Below are positions 46,642 to 48,526 of a stretch of 48,526 bases of DNA, one piece after another (position 1 is the first letter of the stretch; each line of letters starts with the position of its first letter). The notes beneath the pieces were generated by a model. The model made no database searches. It was not told where the DNA came from and was given only the letters and a program-made list of their open reading frames with translations. Location: positions 1 to 48,526 of the forward strand of contig JBHOSK010000003.1 of the NCBI GenBank assembly GCA_042584825.1, written 5' to 3'. Made by a program: the position numbers and the translations under genes. Origin of the DNA: Candidatus Aenigmatarchaeota archaeon (GTDB lineage: Archaea; Aenigmatarchaeota; Aenigmatarchaeia; GW2011-AR5).

Positions 46642-47786
46642 TAAAAAATAGAAAAGAATTAAAATTAATTATCATGAAAGTCAAAAATGTTATGAATAAG
46701 AATATTGTTTCTGTTGATGTTGATGAAAATATTTCAACGGCATTAGGAAAAATGAAGAGATATGGTATACACCAATTACCTGTAATTAGTGGTGGTTTTT
46801 TTCAAGGTATGTTAGAACTAAAGAATATAGTAACAAAAAAAATAGATCCCAGGGTGACTAAGGCGGCATCCCTTATGCAAAATACGCCATCAATAGAACC
46901 TAATGAAAGTTTGGTTATGGGTGTGAAAAAACTTATTCAAAGTGGTTTTAGAGCTATTCCTGTAATGAAAGAGGAAAGACTTTACGGTGTTTTATCAGAA
47001 ACTGATGTACTGAAGGTATCTGACTTGATTAAAAAAGGTAAGGTTTCGGACATAATGTCTCTTTGTGTTTGTTTAACAGTTAATGATAACATAGGAAAAG
47101 TTGCAAAGACGATGTTATACGAAAATGTTTCTAGAATACCAATAACAGAAAATAGCAAGCTTGTTGGAACAATAGGTACGCTTGATATGATTAATGTATT
47201 CATGGGTGAGACGAAAATGAATGCACGGGGTGGATCACCTGAATTAAAACAACGTGGTGCTAAAGATAAGGTTGGTCCAGAAGAAACTCTTGTAAGATCT
47301 ATAATGAATACTCCTAAAACAGTAACAAAAAATTCTACAATAAAAAGAGTTTCTGAATTACTAATAAAACATGATCAAGTTTATGTTGAGAACGAAGGAT
47401 TTATCTGTATTGTAACACCAAAAGACGTTTTACAAAATATAACAGAAGGTAGGGGCGTTTTTGTTGAAGTTACAAATATAGAAGACGAGGATGAATTTAC
47501 AATTGGAAAAATTCATCAAGCTGCAGCTGAAACTGTAAAGAAAATTGGTAGAATAATACCGGACATCAGATCAATAATTATACACATAAACCGGCATCAA
47601 AAAGGTGGCGGACGAATGCGTTATTCTGTTAGATCTAGAATGATGACTGGTGAGGGACTCTTTGTCTCACATTCTTGGGGATGGGATCTTGTTTCTATTT
47701 CCCAACAGACATTAAATAAAATGGAAAGAGAAGCAAAGAAAAAACACGGTAAAAAACAAAGTATGAGGAGAAGATTACAAGAATAA
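46638..47786 (+). CDS. Four-CBS-domain protein with C-terminal HPF/RaiA-like domain (archaeal ribosome hibernation factor-like)
   Basis: CBS repeats (QLPV, AIPV, RIPI) and a C-terminal V.V...K..KI......I.I......YSVR........F.S...WDL......L.K.E pattern. Confidence 0.8.
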   Translation: MIKNRKELKLIIMKVKNVMNKNIVSVDVDENISTALGKMKRYGIHQLPVISGGFFQGMLELKNIVTKKIDPRVTKAASLMQNTPSIEPNESLVMGVKKLIQSGFRAIPVMKEERLYGVLSETDVLKVSDLIKKGKVSDIMSLCVCLTVNDNIGKVAKTMLYENVSRIPITENSKLVGTIGTLDMINVFMGETKMNARGGSPELKQRGAKDKVGPEETLVRSIMNTPKTVTKNSTIKRVSELLIKHDQVYVENEGFICIVTPKDVLQNITEGRGVFVEVTNIEDEDEFTIGKIHQAAAETVKKIGRIIPDIRSIIIHINRHQKGGGRMRYSVRSRMMTGEGLFVSHSWGWDLVSISQQTLNKMEREAKKKHGKKQSMRRRLQE

Positions 47787-47796
47787 ATGATATAAC

Positions 47797-48474
47797 TCAC
47801 GGGGTTGATGATTTTTCAGGTGTTTCTTGATAACATTTGTCTCTATATTCACAATGTTCACATGTCCATTTGTTTTTTTCATCAGCTCTTGACTCTGGTT
47901 TTGGTATGGTACTGTCTTTTATGTGTTTATGCAAAAGACGAAAACGTTCTATTACTTTTAGTGCATCATCGACACTGTACTTAAAATCAAATGTTTTTGT
48001 TTTCATGTTTCGTTTATCTATGTATAACAGAATACCATCATCAATTCTGGTGAAGTGCATATACAATTGCAATTGCATTATGTTATAATCTGGTGGTGTT
48101 TCGATATATTTGATATTGCTAGAAGACTTCACTTCGATTAATACTTTTTTGTTATCTTCTTTAACAAGAATTAGGTTATCAATCCTACCACTTATCATAA
48201 AGTCGTCTATTTCTTCTCTAAAAGGAAATTCTGCTTGTAATAATTCTATGTGCGGATTTTTATCACTTTCTAAAATTTCTACAACCAAATCGTGCATTAT
48301 GTTTCCAATATGAAATATTTTTTGTAAATCAACTTGCGTTTCTCTAGGAAATTTGTAGGAGTACCAAACCTTTCTCATGCACGTTCCTATTTGGCTAGGA
48401 TAGTATCTTCCTTCTGGTTTTTGATATGGTTTCCGTTTAAGGTGGTTTTCCACCATCTTATCAAAATCAATCAT
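47797..48474 (-). CDS. Solo Cas4-like PD-(D/E)XK nuclease
   Basis: PS....C.RK.WY, GRID, IEVKS, QLQLY, C..CEY...C. No CRISPR array in the window. Start could be 48510. Confidence 0.88.
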   Translation of the reverse strand: MIDFDKMVENHLKRKPYQKPEGRYYPSQIGTCMRKVWYSYKFPRETQVDLQKIFHIGNIMHDLVVEILESDKNPHIELLQAEFPFREEIDDFMISGRIDNLILVKEDNKKVLIEVKSSSNIKYIETPPDYNIMQLQLYMHFTRIDDGILLYIDKRNMKTKTFDFKYSVDDALKVIERFRLLHKHIKDSTIPKPESRADEKNKWTCEHCEYRDKCYQETPEKSSTP

Positions 48475-48526
48475 AAGGATAAGAATTGGATATAATATAT
48501 TAAAACCCATATTTATTATATTATAC

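Noticed and set aside
47797-48510. Cas4-like genes (also 37663-38358) as a CRISPR-Cas system or casposon
   Set aside because: No repeat-spacer array, cas1, cas2 or family B polymerase is visible in the window.

Overview
AT-rich archaeal genomic DNA, most consistent with a DPANN-type (possibly Aenigmarchaeota-like) archaeon. This placement is inferred from archaeal AlaRS, uL1/uL10/P1/uL11, Spt5, SecE, RPA, EndA and tRNAs without an encoded CCA. The window has four blocks. (1) 1-23794: a cell-surface locus with a giant (>2400 aa, runs off the left edge, absent from the ORF track) secreted protein fused to an N-terminal winged-HTH, three MinD-like ATPases, two more wHTH proteins, three paralogous secreted 'NPDTA' fibre-subunit-like proteins, several membrane-anchored Ig-like proteins and two arrays of short DNA repeats. 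(2) 23918-33860: housekeeping genes (alaS, tdk, a secE-spt5-rpl11-rpl1-rpl10-rpl12 cluster with three inserted genes, frameshifted pyrC). (3) 33913-42311: an 8.4-kb cargo transposon with IS903-like GGCTTTGTTGC inverted ends, a 9-bp target duplication (TCGTCCCAC) and one central SWIM-DDE transposase. It carries Vsr, a REase-like protein, an HhH-GPD-type glycosylase, a C5 methyltransferase, a PD-(D/E)XK nuclease, an RHH protein, an AEP primase domain and DUF5131/TcmP. An orphan related end lies just outside it. (4) 42396-48474: tRNA-His/hisS, tRNA-Asn, tRNA-Phe, endA, a CBS-HPF hibernation-factor-like gene and a solo Cas4-like nuclease. All family calls come from motifs read by eye; no searches were run.
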